Positions 48,913 to 58,828 of a stretch of 64,000 bases of DNA are shown piece by piece. The DNA lies in NCBI GenBank assembly GCA_051531975.1, contig JAOPTT010000006.1:590977-654976 (forward strand), in the 5' to 3' direction. How positions within the stretch are numbered: position 1 is the stretch's first letter; each line of letters starts with the position of its first letter. The notes beneath the pieces are model-generated. The model had not been told where the DNA came from, made no database searches, and saw nothing but the letters and a program-made list of their open reading frames with translations. This DNA is from Spirochaetaceae bacterium (GTDB lineage: Bacteria; Spirochaetota; Spirochaetia; DSM-2461). A program made the translations under genes and the position numbers.

Positions 48913-49425
48913 ATGAAAAAAATAAAATCATGGAGTTTTTTAATGGCACTTATATTCGTATGTTCAACTTTATCTTATTCCCATCAGAATGATGGTTATC
49001 TGATGGAATATGAAAGAACAGTTGAAACTTATTTGGGTGATACTATTTCTGAAAGCCTTGTTTTCAAAACTAATAATAGGCTCTTATATATAGCATCTGA
49101 GGGATACATATATCAGGGTACATTTCGAATTTTAGATTTAAAGTTGATAGATGGTTCTTATGCTCATCAACTACGTATGCATTTTACACTGGGATATCAA
49201 AATAAGAAAGAAGCAGAGAATCTTACTCTTAGAGGTGAAGAAATGAAGCTTGATGTTAATATGCATATAGATTTAAAACCAGATAATAGTATTTTTTATT
49301 TAAACATGAAGGGTATTGGTTATTATAATGATCCATATTTTGCATGCTTTAATGATATGAGATTCTCTGATGTGAAATTCAATTTGAAGCATAAATATGA
49401 TCAGGGATTAAATTTGTATAATTAA
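48913..49425 (+). CDS. Secreted hypothetical protein
   Basis: Signal peptide MKKIKSWSFLMALIFVCSTLSYS; AAGGA RBS. Confidence 0.7.
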   Translation: MKKIKSWSFLMALIFVCSTLSYSHQNDGYLMEYERTVETYLGDTISESLVFKTNNRLLYIASEGYIYQGTFRILDLKLIDGSYAHQLRMHFTLGYQNKKEAENLTLRGEEMKLDVNMHIDLKPDNSIFYLNMKGIGYYNDPYFACFNDMRFSDVKFNLKHKYDQGLNLYN

Positions 49426-49602
49426 ATAGAAAAAAGATAATATACATCTTTAATTTTCATTCTGAAATTGTAAAAAGAATGTATCTTTGGGCACTTGTAA
49501 AACATAAGGAGTTTGATAATTAGGGACTACAGGTATTCGCTAGTCATAGGGAGTAAATATAACAAACAGTACATAACTTTTTTATTAAGTACATATATAA
49601 TT

Positions 49603-49923
49603 CTACCACTTAAATTTACAATACCTACAATAATTATTATGTTTCTTCTTCAAATTAAAAAACTTATGAATGATACTAGATCCAGTTTTATATTTTGCTT
49701 TACCACACATAGGACAACCATCCTTAACTTTAATAAAATCAGCAGTTTCAAGAAGAGACCTAGCTAATATTTCATCTTCATCACTAACGAATAATTTAAT
49801 ATCAATATTTCCATTACGACTGCTATTTGAAATAAAGCAATCAAGATTCAAAGAATCAAAATATTCTCTAACTCTAAAAGCAGGAAAATCTGATTCATTA
49901 TCTATAATGCAAACTTTTTGCAA
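49603..49923 (-). CDS. Small Zn-ribbon protein, paralog of 25629-25949
   Basis: Same length (106 aa), TTG start, long identical stretches such as LLETADFIKVKDGCPMCG. Confidence 0.75.
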   Translation of the reverse strand: MQKVCIIDNESDFPAFRVREYFDSLNLDCFISNSSRNGNIDIKLFVSDEDEILARSLLETADFIKVKDGCPMCGKAKYKTGSSIIHKFFNLKKKHNNYCRYCKFKW

Positions 49924-50159
49924 TTACTCACCCCTTTTTGATATGTATATTTAACATTACATAATTAGTAAAAGAAGTTATACATATAGGAAGTTATATA
50001 AAAGTTACATTTTGACAGGTATTGATGAAAATTAAGAATCATTATAGCAAACTGCAGATTCTGAATTTATGCTTGCTATACTTTTGATTCATTATTTTTA
50101 TTATTTTTGAATTCTCCTACAAATAACTGATATCTATATAAATTGTAAGGAGATTTAAT

Positions 50160-50411
50160 ATGACTGAAAAAGAACTAGTTTTAGAGTTACATGCCTACAA
50201 AGAAGTAATTAATCCAGATTGTGATATCTATAATCCAACATTAAAGGAAATTGCAGAGTTTATGAATATCTGGTCTGATATGCAATTATATGATGGAAGT
50301 ATTACTAAAGAAGCTCAACCGATAATAGATTCAATGTGCATACTTACACCAAAAGAGATCAAAGATGAACTTGTATCAATTAGAAGAGGTTTTATTAAAT
50401 TAGATAGATAG
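50160..50411 (+). CDS. Hypothetical protein, paralog of 44983-45225
   Basis: Shared N-terminal motif and AAGGAG RBS. Confidence 0.75.
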   Translation: MTEKELVLELHAYKEVINPDCDIYNPTLKEIAEFMNIWSDMQLYDGSITKEAQPIIDSMCILTPKEIKDELVSIRRGFIKLDR

Positions 50412-50482
50412 AAAGAACTCTATTACTGGTTTACGAATTAATAGTATATTTTTTTGATAATTAAATTGCTAAATTGAGCTTA

Positions 50483-50863
50483 TTAAACTTTTGCATTCTT
50501 CTTGATAATCCTGAAATATATAGCATATGTTGCAAAACAGAAAACTATACTTAACAGTAGATTTACAATAATAGTTCTCATTGGGATCGCAGTATTTTTG
50601 ATTATTAATTTCATTATTATTCCAGCCATTCCTTGAACTGCTCCATAAGAAGACCCAAAGAACATAATTTTCAATGCAAATAAAAGTGATCTAACACTTC
50701 TGTCTCTAGATTTCATACCTATAGAACTTAGTTTTATATTAAAAACAGTATAGATATCATGGTTCTTTATAATCCATCTTTTAAAAAGCTTTTTAGTAAT
50801 TAAGTAGGCAATGATAAATTGACTTACCATAATTAAGGGATAAAATATTGGGCTTTCAAACAT
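50483..50863 (-). CDS. Membrane protein (about 3 TM)
   Basis: Hydrophobic segments; AGGAG RBS. Confidence 0.7.
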   Translation of the reverse strand: MFESPIFYPLIMVSQFIIAYLITKKLFKRWIIKNHDIYTVFNIKLSSIGMKSRDRSVRSLLFALKIMFFGSSYGAVQGMAGIIMKLIIKNTAIPMRTIIVNLLLSIVFCFATYAIYFRIIKKNAKV

Positions 50864-50908
50864 TGATGCAATCTCCTGGTTAAAAATATTTACTTAAAAG
50901 AGGCTGAT

Positions 50909-51826
50909 TCACCCACCACAAGTTTTACAAGCAGTACCTGTTTCTTCATTTGTTAAGTATCCTTTCTTAGTTTTCTCATAATACCTGCAACTGGAATTGT
51001 GTCTTGTGTCAGATGATGAGTTTATCCAATACGTTGTTTCAGATATAACTTCTTTAACTTCCTGGGCTTTATCAACTTTATTTGATGCTCTGTACCCTTT
51101 AAATGACCATAAACTGACATCTAAACTACTTTCTAAAGTATTCTCTATACTATCATCAAGAAGAGGATAAAAGTCTATTCCAGTAAGCCCTTCTACGTCA
51201 TCAATAGTTACAGCATACTCTATTAAAGATCTTGAACTCTTCTCATTTGGTAATATAAAACCTATAGCTTTAACTTGATCCCCAGTATAGTCGAGTATAA
51301 CTTTGTAGTAATACTCTGGTACAGCAACTTCATTAGTACCAATTCTAGGATAATTATTCTTTGTTAATACGGGTCCAGTTACAATATAGATGGCTTCATT
51401 TTCTACTGCCCATGTTCTTACATAACTTTCAAGTTTTGACCATATACCCCTATTGAACCCTGGATCTTGAGGACTCATATTTGACATATAGAATGAATCA
51501 GACATAGATGAGGAAGACATCTTCATATCAGCTGCAGGTGCTAAATGTCCCCTATCATACCCAGATCCTTTATAATCTAAAAGACTAGCTGAACCAGTTG
51601 ATATACTAGAATCAGCTTTGAATGAATCTTTTCTAGCTGTAGAGCCTAAAACTTCTTCTCTTGTTAGTTCATAAGCGACCCAATTAGCTTGTTCAAACTT
51701 CTCGTTGTAACTTAATGTGTAATTGTCTCTTTCTATGACCCTACCATCGTTTGCAGGGATCTCAATATTTTGTGAATATAGTGCTCCTTGCAGAATAATT
51801 AATATAAATAATAGTTTCATTTTCAT
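50909..51826 (-). CDS. Secreted DNA/RNA non-specific endonuclease (NucA/EndoG family) with C-terminal Cys/His domain
   Basis: Signal peptide, WVAY-x-L, YDRGHLAPAAD, SNMSPQ-x-x-x-FNRGIW-x-x-LE; H-x-x-x-C...C-x-x-CGG. Confidence 0.93.
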   Translation of the reverse strand: MKMKLLFILIILQGALYSQNIEIPANDGRVIERDNYTLSYNEKFEQANWVAYELTREEVLGSTARKDSFKADSSISTGSASLLDYKGSGYDRGHLAPAADMKMSSSSMSDSFYMSNMSPQDPGFNRGIWSKLESYVRTWAVENEAIYIVTGPVLTKNNYPRIGTNEVAVPEYYYKVILDYTGDQVKAIGFILPNEKSSRSLIEYAVTIDDVEGLTGIDFYPLLDDSIENTLESSLDVSLWSFKGYRASNKVDKAQEVKEVISETTYWINSSSDTRHNSSCRYYEKTKKGYLTNEETGTACKTCGG

Positions 51827-51977
51827 GGGTTAAGTTTACTCAATTATATTGATTTGGTCTAATTGAAGTTTAAATCATTATCTTATGTAATAAGAACCCG
51901 GAAATCACAGTATTAAACTATGCAATATTTGGGTGGGTTAAGAATGTTATTATATTTTACCGTAAGTCATTTCTTTT

Positions 51978-52184
51978 CTATGAAAGTAGTTCCTCAACAG
52001 TTATATATAAGGCAGAGGCAATTGCACTTAGATCGCTATCGGTAGGAGTTTCTTCATTAAAATCTTCAACTGAATATCTAAAAGTATAATCAAAAAGATT
52101 CAATCTTTCTCCAAAATCGTTATCTGAAAGCCCTGCTACTGATTGATATTTGGCAATGTTTTTTTCTAACTTTTTTAAATTCAT
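51978..52184 (-). CDS. Small XRE-like HTH protein (diverged)
   Basis: NI-x-x-Y-x-x-x-x-GLS...P...L-x-x-IA-x-AL-x-ITVEELL. Confidence 0.55.
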   Translation of the reverse strand: MNLKKLEKNIAKYQSVAGLSDNDFGERLNLFDYTFRYSVEDFNEETPTDSDLSAIASALYITVEELLS

Positions 52185-52612
52185 AATTTGTTCCTTAGTT
52201 AATTATATATAATATGAAGCCACTAATCAAACTTATTAAAGTCTGTTACCTTCTCAAAGTACTCCAACATTTCATAGATCCTCTTAGTCTCTTCCATTGC
52301 AGATTGTTTATTCCTATTTTTTGCAACGACGTACCATTTTTTTAGAGTCTCTTTAGCAGATATGACATCTTTACGTTTAGGTTTCTTACTCATAAATAGA
52401 GGTTTAAGGTATTTTGTTTAAATAGTAAACAGATAAATAATAGTAGTTTTAAACAATTACTGGATTAATTGAATATCTACGTCCTAAATTACTAATCGAT
52501 GATAGAGGCTAAAAACTAGAATATCTATCAAGATTACAGCATAATCTAAACAAGTCTATTTAAAGCATTTATTAGTACTAATGATCACCATTACAAAGTA
52601 AGGTCATTCTAC

Positions 52613-52741
52613 TTATTTTTTATGCAGTATCTTTTTTATTAATTCAATTATTATTACTGGAATCATAAATATCATACAACAAATAGATGCAGGTAATAGA
52701 AACATATTCAGTTCTTTGGTTATAGATTGTATTAGTTCCAT
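52613..52741 (-). CDS. 42-aa single-TM peptide
   Basis: GGAGG RBS; MELIQSITKELNMFLLPASICCMIFMIPVIIIELIKKILHKK*. Confidence 0.55.
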   Translation of the reverse strand: MELIQSITKELNMFLLPASICCMIFMIPVIIIELIKKILHKK

Positions 52742-52951
52742 GATCTGATCCTCCAAGATCTTGCTAGTGACTAGATTTTAACTTGATAAGAACTAATCTG
52801 TACACATAACTAAAGTTATGTATTAACCTATAAAGTCATTTATTTTAGTATTTGCTTGGGATTTATGAGTTATACGATAATTCTAAAAAGGGGTATTTTA
52901 CAACAGAATATGATGGGAAAGAACATAAGACTTTGTGAGGGTTATTTAATT

Positions 52952-53257
52952 CTATATCCTTGATTTTAACTCGTTGATATCTATCTTGATTCTCTTTAAA
53001 AGCTCTTCTGAAAACTTAGAAATAGTATCATTATCGTGCTTATCTGGATCTATTAATAACTGATAAGTCTCTATCTCTAAAGCTGTTGATAATTTTAGCA
53101 GCGTCTGTAAACTAGGCTGTCGACGTCCTAACTCAATTTCTGCGACATAAGATGTTGAGATATCACTACGCTCTGCTAACTCTTGCTGGGTATAGTTCTT
53201 GTTTGTTCTATAATATTTAACATTTACTTTTAGATAATCAATTATAGGTTCCATCAT
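52952..53257 (-). CDS. XRE-family transcriptional regulator
   Basis: YTQQELAERSDISTSYVAEIELGRRQPSLQTL. Confidence 0.92.
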   Translation of the reverse strand: MMEPIIDYLKVNVKYYRTNKNYTQQELAERSDISTSYVAEIELGRRQPSLQTLLKLSTALEIETYQLLIDPDKHDNDTISKFSEELLKRIKIDINELKSRI

Positions 53258-53510
53258 ATTTTAAATTCTATGTGTAAAAACCATGCTTGACAATTCACGT
53301 AAAGTACGCAAAACTTACACTAATAGTGACAATTAAGAGGTTTTATAGCGGTATTTATCAATAATTGCTGTTTTTATGATGAATATGCTATCTGGTATAA
53401 ATCAATACTTGTATCGGAAAAATCACCTCTTTTATATCATTACGGAGATATATTTAATTACTGAATAGAAACCCTCCAAGTTTTATGTTAATTAAAAAGA
53501 GGTATTTAAA

Positions 53511-55145
53511 GTGAAGGTTAGAGCATGTCTAGAACAGAATACAATCAATAGTAAAAGACTAATGATGATACTTCTTATTTTTGCAATTTTATCATGTAAA
53601 ACCACTGAAGATAGTAATACAGTTACAACTCTAGATGAAATAATCTTAAAATCAGCTAAAGAGTTAGCATCAATCACACCTGAAAAGACCCTAGGTATTA
53701 GCGACATATATTTACTAGGAACTAAGCAGTCATCTAACTTCTCAATTTTCCTAGCTAACAAATTATCTACTAAGCTTTTCAAACTAGGTTTCTCTATTGC
53801 GGATAGGGATCATCTTAAGCAATTAGAATCAGAATGGAAGTTTCAAAGTAGTTTTTCAAATGAAGAAACAACTGTAGAGATTGCAAAGTTAAATGGAATA
53901 TCAGCAATAATTGTAGGTAACTATTCTATAGCTAATAATCTAGTAGATGTACAACTAAAACTAATAGATACTCAGACAGGATTGTTACTTGGTATATCTG
54001 AGTTTAGTCTACCAATTCATTTAGTATCACAATACCTTAACGATACACCTTCTGAACTGCATGAAGTGACTACTCCTGATACACAAAATTCTAAACAAAA
54101 AAATCCTAGTATGGTTAAGATTAGACAAAAAACAGAGAATACTCCTAGCCAGGAACCACAAGTTAAAAACTCTTTCTTACCTGGTCATCAGAGCATATTT
54201 AGAATAGATGAACAGCTAAGTTTTAACTTAATTTATGTCCCTGCTTTAAGTTCAATACCTGAGTTTTATCCTTACAGAAATACCAAAAATTATAATGCGG
54301 AATCTACTCCCATTAGAAAAATCGAGAACCCAAAACCTGTTTGGATAGGTGAGACAGAAGTGACTATAGAATTATGGAATCTAGTTACTGGATGGGCAGT
54401 TGATAATGGTTATAGTTTTTCAGTAAATAAGCATAGAGATACTTGGTTAAGTAGAAATCCACAATTCCCTGTAAGTATTATAACTTGGAGGGATGCAATG
54501 TTATTTTGTAATGCACTAACTGAGTATACAAATTCTACATCAATTTCAGATTCTCCACTTATTCCAGTTTACTATACAGACCCTAATTTTAGTAATCCAA
54601 TTAGAAGAGTTGATGCCAGTAAAACAATAGCTTTCTACCCAACAAATAGCCCTTCAGGAACTCAAGATGATCCTTATGTAGATAAAGATGCGAATGGTTT
54701 TAGATTACCTACAATTGTGGAATGGACTATTGCATCTAGATATAAAGGTGATTTTGACAAAGATGGAGCAATTACTAGTCCAGGAGAATTCTATCTTGAT
54801 AATGTTGTATCAGGTTCATCAACTTCTGATCCTGATGATAAAAAACAATATGCTATCGCATACGAAAGAATAAAAATTTTTCCTGTAGCCTCAAAACAAC
54901 CAAATGGATTGGGTTTCTATGATATATCAGGGAATATATCAGAATGGTGCTACAACTGGACTGGAAATCGTAATAAGGGACAATACGATGCTGTAGGTAA
55001 ATGGAAGTACCTAATGGGATTATCTAATGATAGCTATGGCGGAATCTACAAATTGAATATGTTGTCTCAAGTATTTCCAGATAAACCTGTTCCGTATTAT
55101 TACTCATCAACTTCAGGATTTCGTATAGCACGGAATGTTGAATAA
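53511..55145 (+). CDS. Lipoprotein: FlgO/CsgG-like domain + FGE-sulfatase (CLec-fold) domain
   Basis: ILSC lipobox; IADR...LIDTQTG; ETEVT-x-x-LW, GFRLPT-x-x-EW, PNGLGFYDISGNISEWC, terminal GFRIAR. Confidence 0.85.
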   Translation: MKVRACLEQNTINSKRLMMILLIFAILSCKTTEDSNTVTTLDEIILKSAKELASITPEKTLGISDIYLLGTKQSSNFSIFLANKLSTKLFKLGFSIADRDHLKQLESEWKFQSSFSNEETTVEIAKLNGISAIIVGNYSIANNLVDVQLKLIDTQTGLLLGISEFSLPIHLVSQYLNDTPSELHEVTTPDTQNSKQKNPSMVKIRQKTENTPSQEPQVKNSFLPGHQSIFRIDEQLSFNLIYVPALSSIPEFYPYRNTKNYNAESTPIRKIENPKPVWIGETEVTIELWNLVTGWAVDNGYSFSVNKHRDTWLSRNPQFPVSIITWRDAMLFCNALTEYTNSTSISDSPLIPVYYTDPNFSNPIRRVDASKTIAFYPTNSPSGTQDDPYVDKDANGFRLPTIVEWTIASRYKGDFDKDGAITSPGEFYLDNVVSGSSTSDPDDKKQYAIAYERIKIFPVASKQPNGLGFYDISGNISEWCYNWTGNRNKGQYDAVGKWKYLMGLSNDSYGGIYKLNMLSQVFPDKPVPYYYSSTSGFRIARNVE

Positions 55146-55176
55146 ATAAAATATTTTTAAATATATAGGAGAAGAA

Positions 55177-55509
55177 ATGGAAATTAGTAGAGAAACAGTT
55201 GTTAGTCCGGGTATTAAGCTTGGATATGTTGGGGCATTACTAGGTATGATTCAAACATTCCTAGAAGTCTTCCAAGGATATATTGGCATAGGTACATTTT
55301 TAGGAATATTCATTGTTACAATAATTCTAGCACCGTTATTAGGTATTGTAGGTCAATTTATAAGAACAATTATAGACCCTCTTGTACCTGATTTAATCTT
55401 TGATACATTTTGGAAAATTGTTTTCCTTAAATTCTTGTTAGGTTACGGATTCCCAATAATTGGTGGAATAGTAGGATCAGGAATAGCATTGATGTTATTT
55501 ACAGCATAA
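55177..55509 (+). CDS. Small membrane protein
   Basis: Gly-rich hydrophobic helices; AGGAG RBS. Confidence 0.7.
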   Translation: MEISRETVVSPGIKLGYVGALLGMIQTFLEVFQGYIGIGTFLGIFIVTIILAPLLGIVGQFIRTIIDPLVPDLIFDTFWKIVFLKFLLGYGFPIIGGIVGSGIALMLFTA

Positions 55510-55558
55510 ATGATCAAACAAAAAGTATTAGTGAGTAATGTTTTAAAAGGAGTAAAAA

Positions 55559-56533
55559 ATGATTAAAAAAATATTAGTGGTAATGATATTTGCACTGTTT
55601 GTTAGTTGTTCAAGCAAAGTTATAGTAATTGAAGATGGATATTTAGATTTTATTGTAAGAGATACATTAGGCAAACAAAATGGTGACTTAACTAAAGAAG
55701 ATCTATTAAAAATAGAGAGCTTAGAACTTAAAGAAATAAATGTTAAAAACCTAACAGCTATTGAATATATGAAGAACTTAACTGAATTAAAAATAAGTAA
55801 TACTGATGTAACTGATCTTAAATCTTTATCTAATTTAAAGAACTTAAAAAAGTTAGAAATATATCATGATAATATTACTGATTTAGAACCATTATCTAAT
55901 TTAAGGAATTTAGAAGAATTATATGTATGTGATCTTAATATTGAGATCAGTAATATAGAACCTATTTCTAAATTATCTAAATTAAGGGTATTAGTTATGG
56001 ATGATAATTCATTTGATGATATAGATTTAATTTCGAGTCTATCTGGTTTACCTAATTTAAGGATTTTAAGTTTGCGTAATAATGACATTAGTGATCTAGA
56101 ACCATTATCAAGTATTACTCAACTAGAAGATTTATATATTGATGATAATGATATAGAAGATATTGAAACGTTATCAAAATTATCGAATTTGGTATATTTG
56201 AATATCAGTGAAAATTTTATTGAAAACATAGGATCATTATCTAGCTTAACTAATTTAGAATATTTGCACTTGAATGATAATGATATAGAAGATATTGAAT
56301 CACTTTCTGTATTGGTTAATCTAAAAAAATTATCACTGGGAGATAACTATATCAGTGATATAGAGCCATTATCAATTTTATCAAATTTAATATTTTTAAA
56401 CTTAACATTTAATGATATAGAAAATGTTGAGGCTCTTTCTAATTTAATGACTCTGGAAGAATTGTATATTAGTGATAATATTATTAGTGATTTTAGTCCA
56501 TTACAAAATTTAACAAATACAAAAATTCAATAA
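55559..56533 (+). CDS. Internalin-like leucine-rich-repeat lipoprotein
   Basis: FVSC lipobox; about 11 repeats of 22 aa L-x-x-L-x-L-x-x-N-x-I-x-DI-x-x-L. Confidence 0.9.
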   Translation: MIKKILVVMIFALFVSCSSKVIVIEDGYLDFIVRDTLGKQNGDLTKEDLLKIESLELKEINVKNLTAIEYMKNLTELKISNTDVTDLKSLSNLKNLKKLEIYHDNITDLEPLSNLRNLEELYVCDLNIEISNIEPISKLSKLRVLVMDDNSFDDIDLISSLSGLPNLRILSLRNNDISDLEPLSSITQLEDLYIDDNDIEDIETLSKLSNLVYLNISENFIENIGSLSSLTNLEYLHLNDNDIEDIESLSVLVNLKKLSLGDNYISDIEPLSILSNLIFLNLTFNDIENVEALSNLMTLEELYISDNIISDFSPLQNLTNTKIQ

Positions 56534-56676
56534 TAAAAGCGAATTATTTAAGAACTGAAATATAATTTTTCCGTTCTTTTAAACAGGCATAAATGCACAG
56601 GAATTAATCAGTTATAGCTTATATAGATAAGTTCATAATGAACTAAAAATTTAATGTTAAAAAAGGTGATGTATAG

Positions 56677-57564
56677 ATGAAAGAAATAAAATTATTAACT
56701 ATTCTACTTTGTGTTTTTATTGGAACGACAGGGTTGTTTTCAGAAGATTTAAGTGATAAAATCCTAATAAATAAAGTTAGAGAAGAACCTATTTACTCAG
56801 GAGCAGACCGAACATATGGTTCTGATCTTGAAGGCGAAAAAGGATTCTCTAGATACGAATGGGTAGTAAAACAAGATGAAGACGGACGTAAAATAGTTAG
56901 GTTTATAGGGGAATATAATCCTGAAATATTCTTTGGACTGCTGAATGTGTATGATGAATACAATCAAAAACCTAAAGGTTACGAATACTACACTTTAGGT
57001 AGTCGAATATCAGATTCTTCTGACAAAGTTCAAGTATCAGGTCCAGACAAAGAATTCTTTAGTCGTTTAAGCGAATCTTACAAGTATGAAACCCACTATT
57101 CAACTGAATGTAGTGCTGATTTGAAAGAAAATCCATTATGGACTCCTGAGAGAAATGGTTTTAATATTGAAGAAGACTTGACTACAGAATTGTATATTAC
57201 ATATTTTTGGAGATTTAACAAATACAAAAAATTCGATGTTAATTTATTTTCTATCGAAGAGTGGTATCTAAAAGCAAAAAAAAGTAATTCTCCAACATTG
57301 CCATACTATGAACTTCTCTATAATGAAGACTTTAAAGGTTTTATAGAAGAATTCAAAAAAGGAATTAATGATATATATTATATCCCAAATCCTAAATCGT
57401 CAGAAGCACTATATGTTCAAGACTTTCAGTATACATTAAATCAAAAAGGGTTTAAAGATTTAATAAAATATCAGATTATATATCCAAAATTTAACCAGTT
57501 TCCTGAAAAGAGTATAAAAGTAGGAGTACGTGGAGTCGATAGATATCAATATTTTTATCGCTAA
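56677..57564 (+). CDS. Secreted hypothetical protein
   Basis: Signal peptide ending GLFS; AAGGTG RBS. Confidence 0.7.
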   Translation: MKEIKLLTILLCVFIGTTGLFSEDLSDKILINKVREEPIYSGADRTYGSDLEGEKGFSRYEWVVKQDEDGRKIVRFIGEYNPEIFFGLLNVYDEYNQKPKGYEYYTLGSRISDSSDKVQVSGPDKEFFSRLSESYKYETHYSTECSADLKENPLWTPERNGFNIEEDLTTELYITYFWRFNKYKKFDVNLFSIEEWYLKAKKSNSPTLPYYELLYNEDFKGFIEEFKKGINDIYYIPNPKSSEALYVQDFQYTLNQKGFKDLIKYQIIYPKFNQFPEKSIKVGVRGVDRYQYFYR

Positions 57565-57634
57565 TTATTTGTCTTTGAAATAGTGGAAGTCTTTATGCTG
57601 ACCATAAATAAGTTATGAATTAAAATATAGTTAT

Positions 57635-57660
57635 ATTAGAGCGGGACAACCCGCTCTAAT
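57635..57660. terminator. Hairpin between convergent genes
   Basis: ATTAGAGCGGG-acaa-CCCGCTCTAAT perfect 11-bp stem. Confidence 0.65.
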
Positions 57661-57757
57661 CCCAGAGTTATTTAGTACGTTCACTATGAGTATAAGTATA
57701 AGTACATGTCCACTCCTCTCTCCTAATTATTTTACCATAATTAAGAACGAAGAGAGC

Positions 57758-58660
57758 TTATACTTCAGATATTAATTCTTCATATAGATCAAAATCACTA
57801 ATACACTTTTGTTCCATTGAGGTGATCAATATCTTTGCACAGTTCTCCATGTGCTCTAGTAGCACAGAAGCAACTGCTTCTTCATCAGGATATGTATTGT
57901 TATCATAAACAAGAAGTTTATCAATTGAAGGTTTTAGTGATCCGTCTTTAAAAGTATTATCATAAAATTTTAATATTTTATTTAATAAATCTATAACTTG
58001 TTTATTACTATATAGATCATAATCAGTTGAATTGATCTCGTTAGTTAGTACTATATTTCCTTGATGATCAATATTATAGAAATCATAAATATTAAAATTA
58101 TCGTCGGCCATATCTGGAAATGTAGCAATTGAATATATGAACTCTGTAATAGCAACCCCTAAATACTCATAATTTACTATTTTGTTATTTATGAAAAGAG
58201 AGGTATGTAAGCTACAAATAGTTTCAGGGTACAAAAACATCGTTAAATGAGGATGATATTTCACAAAGCTTAAACCTAAAAAATCATGCTCACCAGTTCG
58301 AAGTATAGGCCCTTGAGTATCTAATTCAAGAATCATGTTTCCATGATGTTCATTATGATAAATATTATTCATTTCTTCTTTCAACTTATAAATCAACTCT
58401 ATCTCTTTTTTAGATTGAGTTTCGTGCGTATAAAATTGAACTCTATATACAGATGGATAGTTATATTTATAATAAAACTCATAAATATGTCCCTCAAAAT
58501 TGAAGGTAAATTTATTCATATGATTTGATGAATAAACTACTTCACAGTTACTATCTTTGTTGAACCTAGAAATACTTTTTTTAACTAAATAACTCAAACC
58601 ACAATATTCAATATCATAATCCATTCCAATAACGATACAAAAACCTTTTTCCATTCTCAA
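57758..58660 (-). CDS. Hypothetical protein
   Basis: 300-aa ORF with AAGGAG RBS; no motif recognised. Confidence 0.7.
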   Translation of the reverse strand: MRMEKGFCIVIGMDYDIEYCGLSYLVKKSISRFNKDSNCEVVYSSNHMNKFTFNFEGHIYEFYYKYNYPSVYRVQFYTHETQSKKEIELIYKLKEEMNNIYHNEHHGNMILELDTQGPILRTGEHDFLGLSFVKYHPHLTMFLYPETICSLHTSLFINNKIVNYEYLGVAITEFIYSIATFPDMADDNFNIYDFYNIDHQGNIVLTNEINSTDYDLYSNKQVIDLLNKILKFYDNTFKDGSLKPSIDKLLVYDNNTYPDEEAVASVLLEHMENCAKILITSMEQKCISDFDLYEELISEV

Positions 58661-58828
58661 TCTCCTTACAAGTAACTATTTATTTCTTGTTTTAATAAAC
58701 TTTAATTCAATATAAATCAACAAATGTTATTAGTCAATGACAATTGCTTCTTTCTTAAAACATTTACCAATAGAAATTCTTAACTGTTAATGATTGACTA
58801 TTTTAGGAACACAATATAATATGCAAAT

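Noticed and set aside
53511..55145. Complete diversity-generating retroelement
   Set aside because: No reverse transcriptase and no template repeat seen in the window.
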